A stretch of 64,000 nt of DNA from Eledone cirrhosa. Lineage: Eukaryota. The notes under the pieces were generated by a model. It did not search any database. It was not told the origin of the DNA and worked only from the letters and a program-made list of their open reading frames with translations. Every line of letters starts with the position of its first letter. Position 1 is the first letter of the stretch. Positions 37,959 to 51,660 of the stretch are shown in pieces. Both the position numbers and the translations under genes were made by a program. Where the stretch lies: NCBI GenBank assembly GCA_964016885.1, contig OZ024753.1:33604001-33668000 (forward strand), given 5' to 3'.

Positions 37959-38526
37959 TATATAGTGAATAATATAGATAACTTAGATATGATTAGATGT
38001 AAATTCCTTTGTTTAAAACAAAATATATAATAAATACGCAACTGCATACATTATAAGAGTGAAAGATAGGTTGAGATTATCAACTTCTCCATCCTTCTCT
38101 GATATTAGCTTTAAATTAGTCAACATCTTATAAATTTCTGCTCTACACATTCTTGCTTTTCAAAAATGTTATGAATTGATCTTTATACAAAAATATTCAA
38201 ATACATTATTCCATTATTGATTTATTTTTAGTTTTAGATGAAGAAATGCCATAGAAAGGTGGGAACTGTTTAAAACTATAGAGACCTCCAGTAAAATTGT
38301 ATTGAGTACTTTAGTAGGTGGCTACTTATTTGTTAATCAAACAAATGAAAAGTTAAATCAACTGAATAAGAAGCATGACATATCTTCAGGGTATGCTTTA
38401 TGTATTATAGTTTTTTTTTTAAATCAATTTAATACATTGTAAATTTTATATAATTGTTCAATGACTTAATATGAAATAATTAATTTTCTAAATAATGGGT
38501 TAAATTTGACAAAACTATCATTACTT

Positions 38527-38648
38527 GTGAAGGCATGTGGCTTAGTGGTTAGAGAGTTGAATTCGCAATCGTGAGGTTGCAAGTTCAATTCTTGGACCGG
38601 ATGATGTTTTGTGTCCTTGAGCAAGACACTTTATTTCACATTGTTCCT
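38527..38648 (+). mobile_element. SINE group B head and core
   Basis: tggcttagtggttagag...gttcaattc...ccttgagcaagacactttatttcac. Confidence 0.75.
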
Positions 38649-38931
38649 TCTGCCAGTTGTGACTAGTAGATAGTATCAGCAATGATACTATCATTGTTTC
38701 CTTGGTTTGATTTGATGAGGTCCATCACATTCAGCAAGCGAATGAGGACTGGGATCTTGATCGATTAGAGCAATCATTACATGATTATGAGTTCAATATT
38801 TACTACAGGCAGTATGTATTAATATCTATATGAATGAACCTGTAAGGCACTGTTGTAGAGGCACTGTAGTGATATACAACATTTTTCAAACATGGTAGAA
38901 CCCATCCTCTTCTCCAGGTCTGAACATAGCA

Positions 38932-39028
38932 AATTTGATCTAGTAAAGATTTGATCTGGTAAAGATTTGATCTAGTAAAGATTTGATCTAGTAAAGATTT
39001 GATCTAGTAAAGATTTGATCTAGTAAAG
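38932..39028. repeat. 16-bp tandem repeat (atttgatctagtaaag) x6
   Basis: Direct reading. Confidence 0.9.
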
Positions 39029-39427
39029 GGGTGAGAGTGATAGAACAGTTAGAGATACAGCAGAAGAATTAACTGTTTTTATCAACCCCAAAAGGATGAA
39101 AAGCAAAGTGGACCTTTGTGGGGTTTGAACTCAGATCACAGAGAACCAGAATAAATACGGCAACATATTCTATTCAATATTCTAATGACTCTGGCAATCT
39201 GCTTCCTCTATACAATAAGCAGTAAGTTGTATCGTAGAACAAATTACACAGCTCTGTTTCTTTGAAGAATTCAGCTCCATCCATACTTTGCATCTGAGTG
39301 ATTGATCGGTTATTCTAAATCACAGTGTGTTAGTAATATTGCTAATTTATATTAGTCACGCTCACACTATTTGTAAATATAACTTTACAGACAACAGTTT
39401 ATTACAAATAAATCTACAAGAACTACA

Positions 39428-39995
39428 ATAATTGTTTCTACTTTTTGGCACAAGGCCAGCAATTATCCCAGTGCATTGCTGGTATTTTATTTTATCGACC
39501 CTGTAAGGATGAAAGGCAAAGTTAACCTTGGCAGGATTTGAACTCAGACCGTAACGAGACATAACTATGCTGCAAAGCATGGCATCCAACCCTCTATCGA
39601 TACTGCCAAAACAAGAATAACAATAATTGTTTCTACTTTTGGCGCAAGGCCAGCAATTACCCAGTGTATTACTGGCACTTTATTTTATCGACCCCGCAAA
39701 GTTAATCTCGGTGGGGGTTTGAACTCAGAATGGCAAGGCCCGTAACTATGCGTCAAAGGATGGCGTCCGACCTTCTACCGATACTGCCAACCCACAACAA
39801 TAATGGTTTCTAATTTCAGCATAAGGGCAACAATTTTTGGGGGAGAGCAAAGTCAATTAAATCAGTGCTCGTACTTAATGGTACTTTATCAACTCTGGAA
39901 AAATGAAAGGATGGTGGGATTTGAACTCAGAACATAAAGTGAAACAGATTCCATATAGCAATTTTTTCAACATTCTAACAATCCTGTCAATCTGC
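39428..39995 (-). mobile_element. Head-to-tail array of three SINE group A copies
   Basis: Copies at about 39428-39608, 39624-39795 and 39803-39995. Confidence 0.8.
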
Positions 39996-40267
39996 CGATA
40001 ACAACAATGTTAGTGAAAGCACTCAAATTCGTTTTTGCTTAGTCTTTCTAGTTTTGATTCAATCTAATTTGTTTCTACTTTCATTTCCCAAAGGTCTCTA
40101 TCCTCTCCTCCTCCTACTACTACTAGTCATTTTATTCCTTCTATTCTAATCCATTATCTCCTCCACCTCCACTCTACTCCAATTATTACATCACTAAAAT
40201 GAAATTATTTGCATTCGTTTAGGTTTGGAAACTAAACATTTTTAACTTCAATCATGTAAATAGGGTC

Positions 40268-40303
<36 letters not shown>

Positions 40304-40719
40304 TTGTGTGTGTGTGTGTATATATATATATATGCATATATATATGTACTTATGTATGTGTACTATATATATATATATACATACACTTTGTTCGTTATTT
40401 TAATTTATTTTATCTATAAATATTTCTTTACCCACTCCACTTAGTTTTAAATCTATTGAGATTTTTAAGGTCTTGTAAAGAATAATGTATTTTTGTAAAT
40501 ATTCTGAGGATGAAAGTTCAAATCTCAGGAGTATTACTAACATTACATCTTATTCACGTACATTCAGTTGGAATTTTTCAAGAGGATTTTTTCTTTCTTA
40601 CACTTTCAAAGAATTTCTAGATGTTTTTTCTCTGTTATTATTTTATTTGATAGGGTTGGTCTAGCAGTAAGATAAGTATTGGGTAATTGAGAAAAAATGT
40701 TAATATTTATGAAATTAAA

Positions 40720-40935
40720 GGGCAGTGGATTGGCAGTATCAGTGGAACATCAAACATGCTTTATGGCATAGGGTTACATTCCTTTGTTATCTGTGTTCAA
40801 ATCCTGCCACGGTTAGCTTTGCCTTTCGTCCTTATGGGGTCAATAAAATAAAGTACCAATAATGTACTAAGGTCGATTTAATCGACTTTCCCCTTCTACA
40901 AAATTGTTGGCATTGTGACTAAATCAGAAACCAAT
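40720..40935 (+). mobile_element. SINE group A, long variant
   Basis: Contains the extra segment gtcgatttaatcgactttcccctt that the short variant lacks. Confidence 0.8.
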
Positions 40936-41694
40936 ATTTTTGAAATTATTCTTGCTTTTATTTTATATACTTTCTTTATATTCTGGTGTTAACAATTGAA
41001 ATTTATATAGAATAGGGATCTATTTATAGTTTCTATTATCACCACTGTGAGAATTCACCAGACAGGATCAGAGGAAGCGATAAGAGTAGAGAGGATAACG
41101 GGTCGCTGTTTTATAAGTGCCATTGCTTACATTAAATATTCACTTATATTCACTGGTATATTCACTTATGGAGATATAGTTAGTTTGTCATACACTTGAC
41201 TTAGCAAGAGTAAATGTAACTTGCTGAAAGGAACAACAGTAAAATCAATAGTTGAATTTGAATTCATATTTATGCCAGTGGCTAAGTTTATCTTGGAAAA
41301 CTACTGCCGTTGACGTTTACAGAACAATATCATATATTATCAAATTAGGATGCATGTATGTGGCGGTGTAAGATGTGTTATGTAGGCTTGTGCATTGGTG
41401 TTGGCAAGCATGCTTATACATGTGTACCTTTTTGTGCTGTTCTGTGTGTGTATGTGCTTGTGTGTATGTGTGTATGTGTGTATGTGTGTGCCTGTGAATG
41501 GGAATACATGTGTATCTGTACTTTAAGAGTCAGTATATATATTCAGAAAAAATCTGAAATGGTGAGAGGAGAGAAAGAAAAGGTGTGTGTGATAGTTGGA
41601 GAAGATGAGAAATATAGTAATGAAAATGTAGGTAACAATATAACAGGTTCCTAGAGGGATTAAGAGAAAGAAGGTTTAGACACTGTTACTGTCA

Positions 41695-42165
41695 GAAGAG
41701 ATAGGAGAAAGAGAGAGAGGAGAAAGAGAGAGAGGAGAAAGAGAGAGAGAGAGGAGAAAGAGAGAGAGAGGAGAAAGAGAGGAGAAAGCGAGAGAGAGGA
41801 GAAAGCGAGAGAGAGGAGAAAGCGAGAGAGAGGAGAAAGCGAGAGAGAGGAGAAATAGAGGGGAGAAAGAGAGAGGAGAAAGAGGAGAGGAGAAAGAGGA
41901 GAGGAGAAAGAGGAGAGGAGAAAGAGGAGAGCAGAAAGAGAGAGCAGAAAGAGAGAGCAGAAAGAGAGAGCAGAAAGAGAGAGAAGAAAGAGAGAAGAAA
42001 GAGAAGAAAGAGAGAAGAAAGAGAGAAGAAAGAGAGAAGAAAGAGAGAAGAAGAGAGGAGAGAGAAGAGAAGAAAGAGTGGAGAGAGAGAAAAAGAGAGA
42101 AAGGAGAGAGAGAAAGAAAAAAGAAAAGAGAGAAAGGAGAGAGAAAAGAGAAAGAAGAGAGGAAA
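41695..42165. repeat. GA-rich polypurine compound repeat
   Basis: Direct reading. Confidence 0.9.
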
Positions 42166-42235
42166 AAAATGTCTCTTGACCCACTCTTGCTTCTCTCTTT
42201 TTTTCTTTTAAGAAGAGAGCAGCAAGAGTGGGTCA

Positions 42236-42305
42236 AGAGACAACAGGATGAGAGAGACAACAGGATGAGAGAGACAACAGGATGAGAGAGACAACAGGAA
42301 GAGAG
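42236..42305. repeat. 16-bp tandem repeat (agagacaacaggatga-like) x4
   Basis: Direct reading. Confidence 0.8.
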
Positions 42306-42496
42306 AGGATTAGCACTATTACAGCATCAGACAAATGCTTCTCACTGCTTGTTCTGATTCTTTATGTTCTGAGTTCAAATACAGTCACGGTCAATGAAAT
42401 ACAGAACTATTGAAGTACTGAGGTCAATATAATCAACTTTCCCTCGTCCCACAAATTGCTGACCTTGTGCTTAAATTAGAAATCATTTATGGTCGT

Positions 42497-42695
42497 TGAT
42501 TGGCAGTATCGGTAGAGGGTTGGATGCCATGCTTTCTAGCATAGAGTTACGTCCTTTTATGATCATAAAGGGACGTAACTCTGAGCTAAAATCCCGCCGA
42601 GGTTAACTTTGCCTTTTATCCTTACGGGGTCGATAAAATAAAGTACCAGTAATGCACTGGGTAATTGCTGGCCTTGTGCCTAAAGTAGAAACAAA
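42497..42695 (+). mobile_element. SINE group A with TSD atttatggtc
   Basis: TSD at about 42485-42494 and 42697-42706. Confidence 0.85.
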
Positions 42696-42722
42696 TATTT
42701 ATGGTCATCCTGTAGCCCAAAT

Positions 42723-42912
42723 AATAATAATTGTTTCTACTTTTGGCACAAGGCCAGCAATTACCCAGTGCATTACTGGTACTTTTTTTATCGACCCCGT
42801 AAGAATGAAAAACAAAGTTAACCTCAGCGGGATTTGAACTCAGAATGGCAAGGGCCGTAACTCTATACGTCAAAGCATGGCATTCGACCCTCTACCGATA
42901 CTGCCAATCCAC
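42723..42912 (-). mobile_element. SINE group A with TSD agcccaaat
   Basis: TSD at 42714-42722 and 42913-42921. Confidence 0.85.
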
Positions 42913-43800
42913 AGCCCAAATGATTAAAATTTGTGTATATGTGGGTGTATGTGCATACGTGGGCATGTATGCATGTATGTGTATGCATGTGAGGGTGTGT
43001 GTGTATATGTATGTACATGTGTGAGAACGTGTGTGAATGCATGTATGTGTGTGCATGCACGTATGTGTGTGTGTACATGTGTGTGTGTGTGTGTGTGTGC
43101 ATGCATGTATGTGTGTGCATGTGTCTGTATCTGTATGTGTCTGTATGTGTGTGATATTATACATTTATATTTCTGGTTGCACAAAAGATAAATCGTTCTC
43201 ACAAGTAGATTAAGTAGGCAAAGAAGCAGCTGTTAGTTCTGCTAAATATTGTAACCCAAATTACATTCTGGCTGAAAAGGTATTGGAATCACAGTTCAAA
43301 TATTTTTCACAATATACTTATCTAGATAATCACTTGAGACAAAGTATTTTCTAGAAATTATCTCCATTTATACTGTATTATACTATATTATTAATAAGAT
43401 TTATCTATCTACAACAGGTTTATACATAGGAATGTGGAGAGCTGACTTGGTATGCTACTGGGCAACCAGAAAAGAGACCATTGATTATGTCACTTGATTT
43501 ATGACAATGAAGGCTCACTTAGAGTATTTCAGTTAGTTAAGTCAGCATGCAACAGTTACTATTGTAAGCAGTGACAGCAGACGTAATAGCAAAAGTACTG
43601 AAGTAAATTCAGTCTAAATGTAATTACACAGGAAGTAGTTAATAATTTGAATTTAAGGTCTGTATTCTGGAATGAAGAAATCTTGTAAACAAGGAGATAT
43701 ATGAATATAATACTATCTTGATTTGCTATAGAAAAGCTCATTTATTAAAGGTGTCTCAGTAATATAAAAAGATAAATCGCTCTCTCTCTCTATATATATA

Positions 43801-45024
43801 TCATCATCATCATCATCGTTTAACGTCCATATTCCACGCTTGCATGGGTTTGGACGGGAGTTTTCCAACTTGAGGCAAGAGTGGTTGTCTTGCTCGCATA
43901 GGACTGTCTGGCGGGTTTTCTACGGCTGGATGCCCTTCCTAACACCAACCACATTTACAGTGTGGCCCTGGGAGGTTTTTACCGTGTTACCTACACGGCC
44001 ACATTACAGCGTGGACTGTGTGTATTTTGTCGTGACACCTACACAACCTCATTTGTTTCAGGCTGGATGTTGTGGTACCAACATAACTTTACATTGAAAG
44101 GGGCGGTGTGGATGGGGTGGGGGTAGTGGGACGGAGTGTATTTTGTTAGAGGTGCCTACTGACTGTAGTAGGTTTTACTTTGTACTTAGGTAAGGCGGGT
44201 CTTCTCTATTACTGTGTAGCGCCAAAGATCTCGGTCCAGTGACACTGTCTTGGAGAGGTGTAAGTGTGTGAGGTCGGAATTTATCAAGTTGTCCCAGGTT
44301 TTTCTGGGTCTGCCTACTCCGTGGCTACCGTCTATTTTTATTGCCCTGCACTTTTTTATACAGCTGTCATCTTTCATGCGCATCACGTGACCATACCAAC
44401 GTAGCCTTCTCTCGAGTAAACAACATCTGATCCCTCTTATTTCTAATTTTTCCCTTAGTTCGTTTATGCTTTGTCGTTCACGTATATTACTATTACACAT
44501 ACAGCGGAGCATGCAAGCTTCGTTCCTCTCCAGTCTGCGTATATCCTCTGCACACAGTGCCCAGGTCTCACTGCCATGCAACATTGCTGTTCGTATGCAG
44601 GCATCATACAGCCTGCCTTTCATTTTTAGGGAGAACCCTTTAGCGGCTAATAGTGGTATAAGCTCTCTGAACTTTTTCCATCCAGTTCTGACTCTAGCTA
44701 CTGTACTTTCAGAGCACCCTCCCCCACTGCTGATTTTGTCACCCAGGTAACGGAAGCTGTCCACTATTTCTATAGAACCATCTGTGCAATGGAATGAGCT
44801 AGTATTCTGTGGGCACTTGCTGCTACTTATTGCACCAGAGCACCGGCCACATATAAAATCTATGTTCTTAGTTAGCTTACCTGTGATCCCACTACATTTT
44901 TTATGCACCCATACTTTGCATTTGGGACATAAAATGGAGTTTCTACCTACTCCTTTCCTACACACTGAGCATGGCCATTTCCCGGATGGGACCGGCACCC
45001 TATTTTCCTTCCTACAAACTAGAA
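43801..45024 (-). mobile_element. 5'-truncated RTE LINE subfamily 2 (open frame 45024-44186, PHD insert, 3' UTR)
   Basis: About 279 uninterrupted codons: GKWPCSVC...FRYLGD...GSETW...RRLRWYGHV...GRPRKTW; (GAT)n tail; (TA)n on both flanks. Confidence 0.95.
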
Positions 45025-45160
45025 CTATATATATAAATAAACAAATAAATATGTGTGTGTGTGTACACATATGTATGCATATGTTTGTAGCTATATGTTT
45101 GTGTAGATATATGTATATGTATCTATGTATGTATGTGTGTGTATATATACATATATAGAT

Positions 45161-45229
<69 letters not shown>

Positions 45230-46736
45230 CATACATACATAAAATTACTATATTTTTCTGGCAATATTAGGACACCCTGTATATCTCATTAAAAGTCATT
45301 GTCTTTCAAAACAAATAATACTTAGGGCTCACAGAAATACTGTAGCTATTTCGTTTAGCACCCTTATATATACCCTTATCTTAAAATGCATAATAATCTT
45401 TGAACCCCATTGAAACTATTATTTATATGCAATGTGTATCATATAATAAAACATAATCCCTTGTTGACCCAGGGTCATAATATAGTTTTGATTCACAGTT
45501 ATATTCACTACTGCCACCACTTTTATATACATCTGCAATATTCTTGAGAAAAACCAGAAAGTGAGTGTATTTTCTATGAACCTGAAGCTGTGTAACAATG
45601 AAAAAAAAAAAATCAATATAAATAAGAATCATATGGAAATATAAAGGTTATAGTTGGTCAAATTTATTGGGTATCAGATGCTTGACTGAATGTCAATAGT
45701 TTATGCATGCACTGCTTTCAGGAAGAGCATACTAATTTCCCAATATTCAAAAGCATGTAATTGTAAATAAGTAGCATGGACTTCTAGACTTAAATACTAT
45801 ATACAATATTTCGCTCATCTCTATCTTTTAACTCTTGGTGTCAGAACTGAAATCTTCTATAGTGTATTTAGCTGAAGGGACCCTTAGCTAATTGCTCAAA
45901 AGTATTTGTTCCAGCTTTTTATATTCTTAGTTCAAATCCTGCCAAGGTTAGCTTTGCCTTTCATCCTTCTGAAGCCAAAATACAATCTACCTTCCCATTC
46001 TCCTCTTCACAAATTGCTGGCTTTGTGCCTAAATTATAAATCATTATTAGGTTTCCTTATGAGGTCAATAAAATAAAGTAACAGTAATGCACTGGGGTCA
46101 AGTTAATTGACTTCCTCTTCCCCCGAAAATGCTGGCCTTGTACCTAAATCCGAGTGCTTCAGTTGTTCTACCAATGAGACAACCAATTGGACGATAAGAA
46201 GCTTTACAATATAGAAATATCTCTCCCCTCGAGCAACTGAAAGAGCTAGTGTGTGATTGCTCTGCTTGCAAAAAAGTAGCAGTCAAGTTTTCCTCAACTT
46301 ATGTCACAACTGCCCTGCCTCATCATTTAAGTTTAGTACATTAGATAATATAGCCTTAGGTAGACATAAAAGATGTGATATAAAAGATTTGAATGGTTTT
46401 GATCATAGATTTTCTCAATCAAGATTGACCTGGGGATAACATCGAGAAGAGTAACAACAAGAATACATCAGATAATGATAGTGTATTCCGAGATACCAAT
46501 CAAAGATGCAATGTTCATAACCGGAGAATAGCTTTGATCATATGTTTGTTTAATCAAGCTTGACCGAGGGTTATATGCTATTACTACTAACAACAACAAC
46601 AGTAACAACATTTTAATTAGTTGATTAGTGATCAGAATTAAATAATTTGTACTAAATTAGATATTCAGAAGCTTGAAGGTAACTGACAAGTGATACTGTG
46701 TGATCAAGATGAAGAGATGCTGATATATCACAGAAC

Positions 46737-47490
46737 ATTTGATCCTAATAATTGTTTGTACTCTTGGCACAAGGCCAGCAATTACCCAGTGCATTACTGG
46801 TACTTTATTTGATCCTAATAATAATAATTGTTTCTACATTAGGCAGAAGGCCAGCAACTTCGAGGAGGAGTAAGTTGGTTAAATCAACCCCAGTGTGTGA
46901 CTGGTACTTCATTTTATCGACCCCGTAAGGATGAAAGGCAAAGTTAACCTCTGCGGGATTTGAACTCAGAATGGAAAGGGCCGTAACTCTTTGCATCAAA
47001 GTATGGAGTACGACCCTCTACCGATACTGGCAATCCACCCTAATAATAATGATTTCTGATTTAGGCACAAGGCCAACAATGTTGTGGGGAGGGGAATGTC
47101 AATTAAATCAACCCCAGTGCATTACTGGTGCTTTATTTTATTGACCCTGTGAGGATGAAAGGCATAGCTAACCTTGGTGGGATTTGTAAAGGGACGTAAC
47201 TATGCCGCGAAGCAGGGTGTCCACTGTTTTACCAATACTACCAATCCCCTACCCTAATAATAATAATAAAAATAATAATGGTTTCTGATTTAGGTACAAG
47301 GCCAACAACTTTAAGTGAGGGAAAAGTTGATTAAATCAAATCCAGTGTATTACTGGTACTTTATTTTATCTACCTTAGAATGATAAAAAGTAAAGTTGAC
47401 CTTGGTGTGATTCTAATTCAGAAGAGAAAAAGCCAGAACAAAGAAATGTTACATTTGGTCAACACTAACGACTGCCAATCCACTGGCCTA
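46737..47490 (-). mobile_element. Tandem cluster of SINE group A copies
   Basis: Fragment 46753-46806 with TSD atttgatcctaataat, then copies at about 46825-47040, 47045-47250 and 47275-47490. Confidence 0.8.
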
Positions 47491-47536
47491 TTATGATGAT
47501 AATTAATTCTATATTTTGCACAAGGGCAGCAATTTA

Positions 47537-49862
47537 AAAGGAAGAGGGAAAGTCAAATAAAAGGAAGAGGGAAAGTCAAATAAAAGGAAGAGGGGAAGTC
47601 AAATAAAAGGAAGAGGGAAAGTCAAATAAAAGGAAGAGGGGAAGTCAAATAAAAGGAAGAGGGGAAGTCAAATAAAAGGAAGAGGGAAAGTCAAATAAAA
47701 GGAAGAGGGGAAGTCAAATAAAAGGAAGAGGGGAAGTCAAATAAAAGGAAGAGGGGAAGTCAAATAAAAGGAAGAGGGGAAGTCAAATAAAAGGAAGAGG
47801 AGAAGTCAAATAAAAGGAAGAGGGGAAGTCAAATAAAAGGAAGAGGGGAAGTCAAATAAAAGGAAGAGGGGAAGTCAAATAAAAGGAAGAGGGGAAGTCA
47901 AATAAAAGGAAGAGGGGAAGTCAAATAAAAGGAAGAGGGGAAGTCAAATAAAAGGAAGAGGGGAAGTCAAATAAAAGGAAGAGGGGAAGTCAAATAAAAG
48001 GAAGAGGAGAAGTCAAATAAAAGGAAGAGGGAAAGTCAAATAAAAGGAAGAGGGGAAGTCAAATAAAAGGAAGAGGGGAAGTCAAATAAAAGGAAGAGGG
48101 GAAGTCAAATAAAAGGAAGAGGGGAAGTCAAATAAAAGGAAGAGGGGAAGTCAAATAAAAGGAAGAGGGGAAGTCAAATAAAAGGAAGAGGAGAAGTCAA
48201 ATAAAAGGAAGAGGGGAAGTCAAATAAAAGGAAGAGGGGAAGTCAAATAAAAGGAAGAGGGGAAGTCAAATAAAAGGAAGAGGAGAAGTCAAATAAAAGG
48301 AAGAGGGGAAGTCAAATAAAAGGAAGAGGGAAAGTCAAATAAAAGGAAGAGGGGAAGTCAAATAAAAGGAAGAGGGGAAGTCAAATAAAAGGAAGAGGGA
48401 AAGTCAAATAAAAGGAAGAGGGGAAGTCAAATAAAAGGAAGAGGGGAAGTCAAATAAAAGGAAGAGGGGAAGTCAAATAAAAGGAAGAGGGGAAGTCAAA
48501 TAAAAGGAAGAGGGGAAGTCAAATAAAAGGAAGAGGGGAAGTCAAATAAAAGGAAGAGGGAAAGTCAAATAAAAGGAAGAGGGGAAGTCAAATAAAAGGA
48601 AGAGGGGAAGTCAAATAAAAGGAAGAGGGGAAGTCAAATAAAAGGAAGAGGGGAAGTCAAATAAAAGGAAGAGGGGAAGTCAAATAAAAGGAAGAGGAGA
48701 AGTCAAATAAAAGGAAGAGGGGAAGTCAAATAAAAGGAAGAGGGGAAGTCAAATAAAAGGAAGAGGGGAAGTCAAATAAAAGGAAGAGGAGAAGTCAAAT
48801 AAAAGGAAGAGGGGAAGTCAAATAAAAGGAAGAGGGAAAGTCAAATAAAAGGAAGAGGGGAAGTCAAATAAAAGGAAGAGGGGAAGTCAAATAAAAGGAA
48901 GAGGAGAAGTCAAATAAAAGGAAGAGGGAAAGTCAAATAAAAGGAAGAGGGGAAGTCAAATAAAAGGAAGAGGGGAAGTCAAATAAAAGGAAGAGGGGAA
49001 GTCAAATAAAAGGAAGAGGGAAAGTCAAATAAAAGGAAGAGGGGAAGTCAAATAAAAGGAAGAGGGGAAGTCAAATAAAAGGAAGAGGAGAAGTCAAATA
49101 AAAGGAAGAGGGAAAGTCAAATAAAAGGAAGAGGGGAAGTCAAATAAAAGGAAGAGGGGAAGTCAAATAAAAGGAAGAGGGGAAGTCAAATAAAAGGAAG
49201 AGGGGAAGTCAAATAAAAGGAAGAGGGGAAGTCAAATAAAAGGAAGAGGGGAAGTCAAATAAAAGGAAGAGGAGAAGTCAAATAAAAGGAAGAGGGGAAG
49301 TCAAATAAAAGGAAGAGGGGAAGTCAAATAAAAGGAAGAGGGGAAGTCAAATAAAAGGAAGAGGAGAAGTCAAATAAAAGGAAGAGGGGAAGTCAAATAA
49401 AAGGAAGAGGGGAAGTCAAATAAAAGGAAGAGGAGAAGTCAAATAAAAGGAAGAGGAGAAGTCAAATAAAAGGAAGAGGGGAAGTCAAATAAAAGGAAGA
49501 GGGGAAGTCAAATAAAAGGAAGAGGGGAAGTCAAATAAAAGGAAGAGGGGAAGTCAAATAAAAGGAAGAGGGGAAGTCAAATAAAAGGAAGAGGGGAAGT
49601 CAAATAAAAGGAAGAGGGGAAGTCAAATAAAAGGAAGAGGAGAAGTCAAATAAAAGGAAGAGGGGAAGTCAAATAAAAGGAAGAGGGGAAGTCAAATAAA
49701 AGGAAGAGGGGAAGTCAAATAAAAGGAAGAGGAGAAGTCAAATAAAAGGAAGAGGAGAAGTCAAATAAAAGGAAGAGGGGAAGTCAAATAAAAGGAAGAG
49801 GGGAAGTCAAATAAAAGGAAGAGGGGAAGTCAAATAAAAGGAAGAGGGGAAGTCAAATAAAA
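47537..49862. repeat. 23-bp minisatellite (aaaaggaagaggggaagtcaaat), ~100 copies, inside a SINE A
   Basis: Strict 23-bp period; variants GGGG/GGGA/GGAG; SINE sequence continues on both sides. Confidence 0.97.
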
Positions 49863-50249
49863 TTACCCTAGCGTATTACTGGTGCTTTATTTTACCAAAT
49901 CCGTAAGGATGAAAGATAAAGTTAGACTCGGTAGGATTTCAGAGTGCTGTGAGTTGGAATGAAAGCTAGAGAGTCTTCTATTCAGCATCCTAATTTCTCA
50001 AGCAGTTCACAAGCTCTGTTAATAATAGTGCCACTTAAGGAATTGTCTAAATGATTGAAAGGAAAGATTATTGAATAAATGAAAAGTTTTGATAACTTAG
50101 TGAATGATATCAGAATAGAGAATACAGACATAACTGAATATGTATAATACATATTGTGATGGTGGAGCTGATGATGATGGTGGTGGTGGTGTTGGTGGGG
50201 TGGGGTGGGGGGGGGGGGTTCATAGGGATGGTGGTGGTGATAATTATGA

Positions 50250-50427
50250 TAATTGTTTCTACTTTAGGCACAAGGCCAGCAAATACCAAGTGCATTACTG
50301 GTACTTTATTTTATCGACCCCGTAAGGATGAAAGGCAAAGTTAAGCTCGGCGGGATTTGAACTCAGATCGTAAAGGGACGTAACTATGCTGGAAAGCATG
50401 GCATCCGACCCTCTACCGATACTGCCA
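50250..50427 (-). mobile_element. SINE group A
   Basis: Full head, core and tail. Confidence 0.85.
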
Positions 50428-51212
50428 GGGTGATGGTAGTGGTAGGTGATGGTAGGTGATGGTAGTGGTAGGTGATGAAGATGAGGAGGTGGTAGTGGTA
50501 GGTGATGAAGATGAGGTGTTAGTGGTGGAGATGCTGACAATGATGATGACATCAGTAAGGAATTTAATGAAGATGATGATGTTGAAGATGATGACGATGA
50601 TGATGATGATGATGATGTTGATGATGGCGCTAAGGATAGAGATGATCAATTCCAATGATAATGAAAAAATGATCATATATCATCCATTTGATAGCTACAC
50701 GGAATATTTGTAATTCTTGTATGAATAATTACTACAGCTTTAAACATTAAATGGTCAATTAATGGTAGAATTCTTTCCATTTGCTCTTTAATCGAGTCAT
50801 TACCATTTTCCATTTGCCTCAGATGTTATGAGAAAGCAATGTCTCACTGTAGCTTGACACTAACATGCATTGGAGACACCTGTAGAAGTGAGACAACACG
50901 TAGTGGGAAAGGAAACAGCAACTGTTTCAGATGTGTGATTGATTGATTGATTGATTGAGTGATTGATTGAGTGGGTGAATGGGTGGGTGAGTGATCTAGT
51001 GAGTGATCGTATGGGTGAGTGAATGAGGGATAGATCAGGTGAGTGAGTGAGTGAGTGAGTGAGTATCTACCTATCCACCTACCTACACAGGTAAGGGAAT
51101 GAATGTGGGAGAGAACAAAAATCAAGAATATGAAGGGTAAGACTGGATGGGAGAAGGCAATCTAAATTTCATCAGATCTTTCTGCATTTTACAACCACCC
51201 TTCCAAAAAGTA

Positions 51213-51660
51213 TTGCTCAAGGACACATCGTGCAGCCTAGTGAGGGCAGGAATCGAACTCACAACTTTACAATCATAAACCGAATAACCTAATCACTAAG
51301 CCACATGTCTATACATACATACATCTATGATCCCACTGTCATGGATGACCATGGTTTTGCACCAAGAAAGTTTCCCCTCTGAGGCACAAGCCTGCGCAAG
51401 GTCTGTTTTGTGGAAAACCAGCAGTCGCCCATGCATACCAGTCTCCCCTCTCCACGCCACCGATGTTGTCCAAGGGAAAGGCAATGACCGATACAGCTTG
51501 GGACCAATGACATCGTGACTCATTTCTACAGCTGAGTAAACTGGAGCAACGTAAAATAAAATGTGTTGCTCAAGGACACAACGCATCACCCAGCCCAAGA
51601 ATTGAACTCATAACCTCTCAATTGCAAGCCCAATGCTCTAACCACAAAGCCATGCGCGCA
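51213..51660 (-). mobile_element. SINE group B (alternative tail, 51330-51660) plus adjacent head fragment (51213-51305)
   Basis: Homologous to 10623-10965. Confidence 0.75.

Noticed and set aside
47537-49862. CRISPR-like regular array
   Set aside because: Contiguous tandem units with no unique spacers and no cas genes; eukaryotic minisatellite
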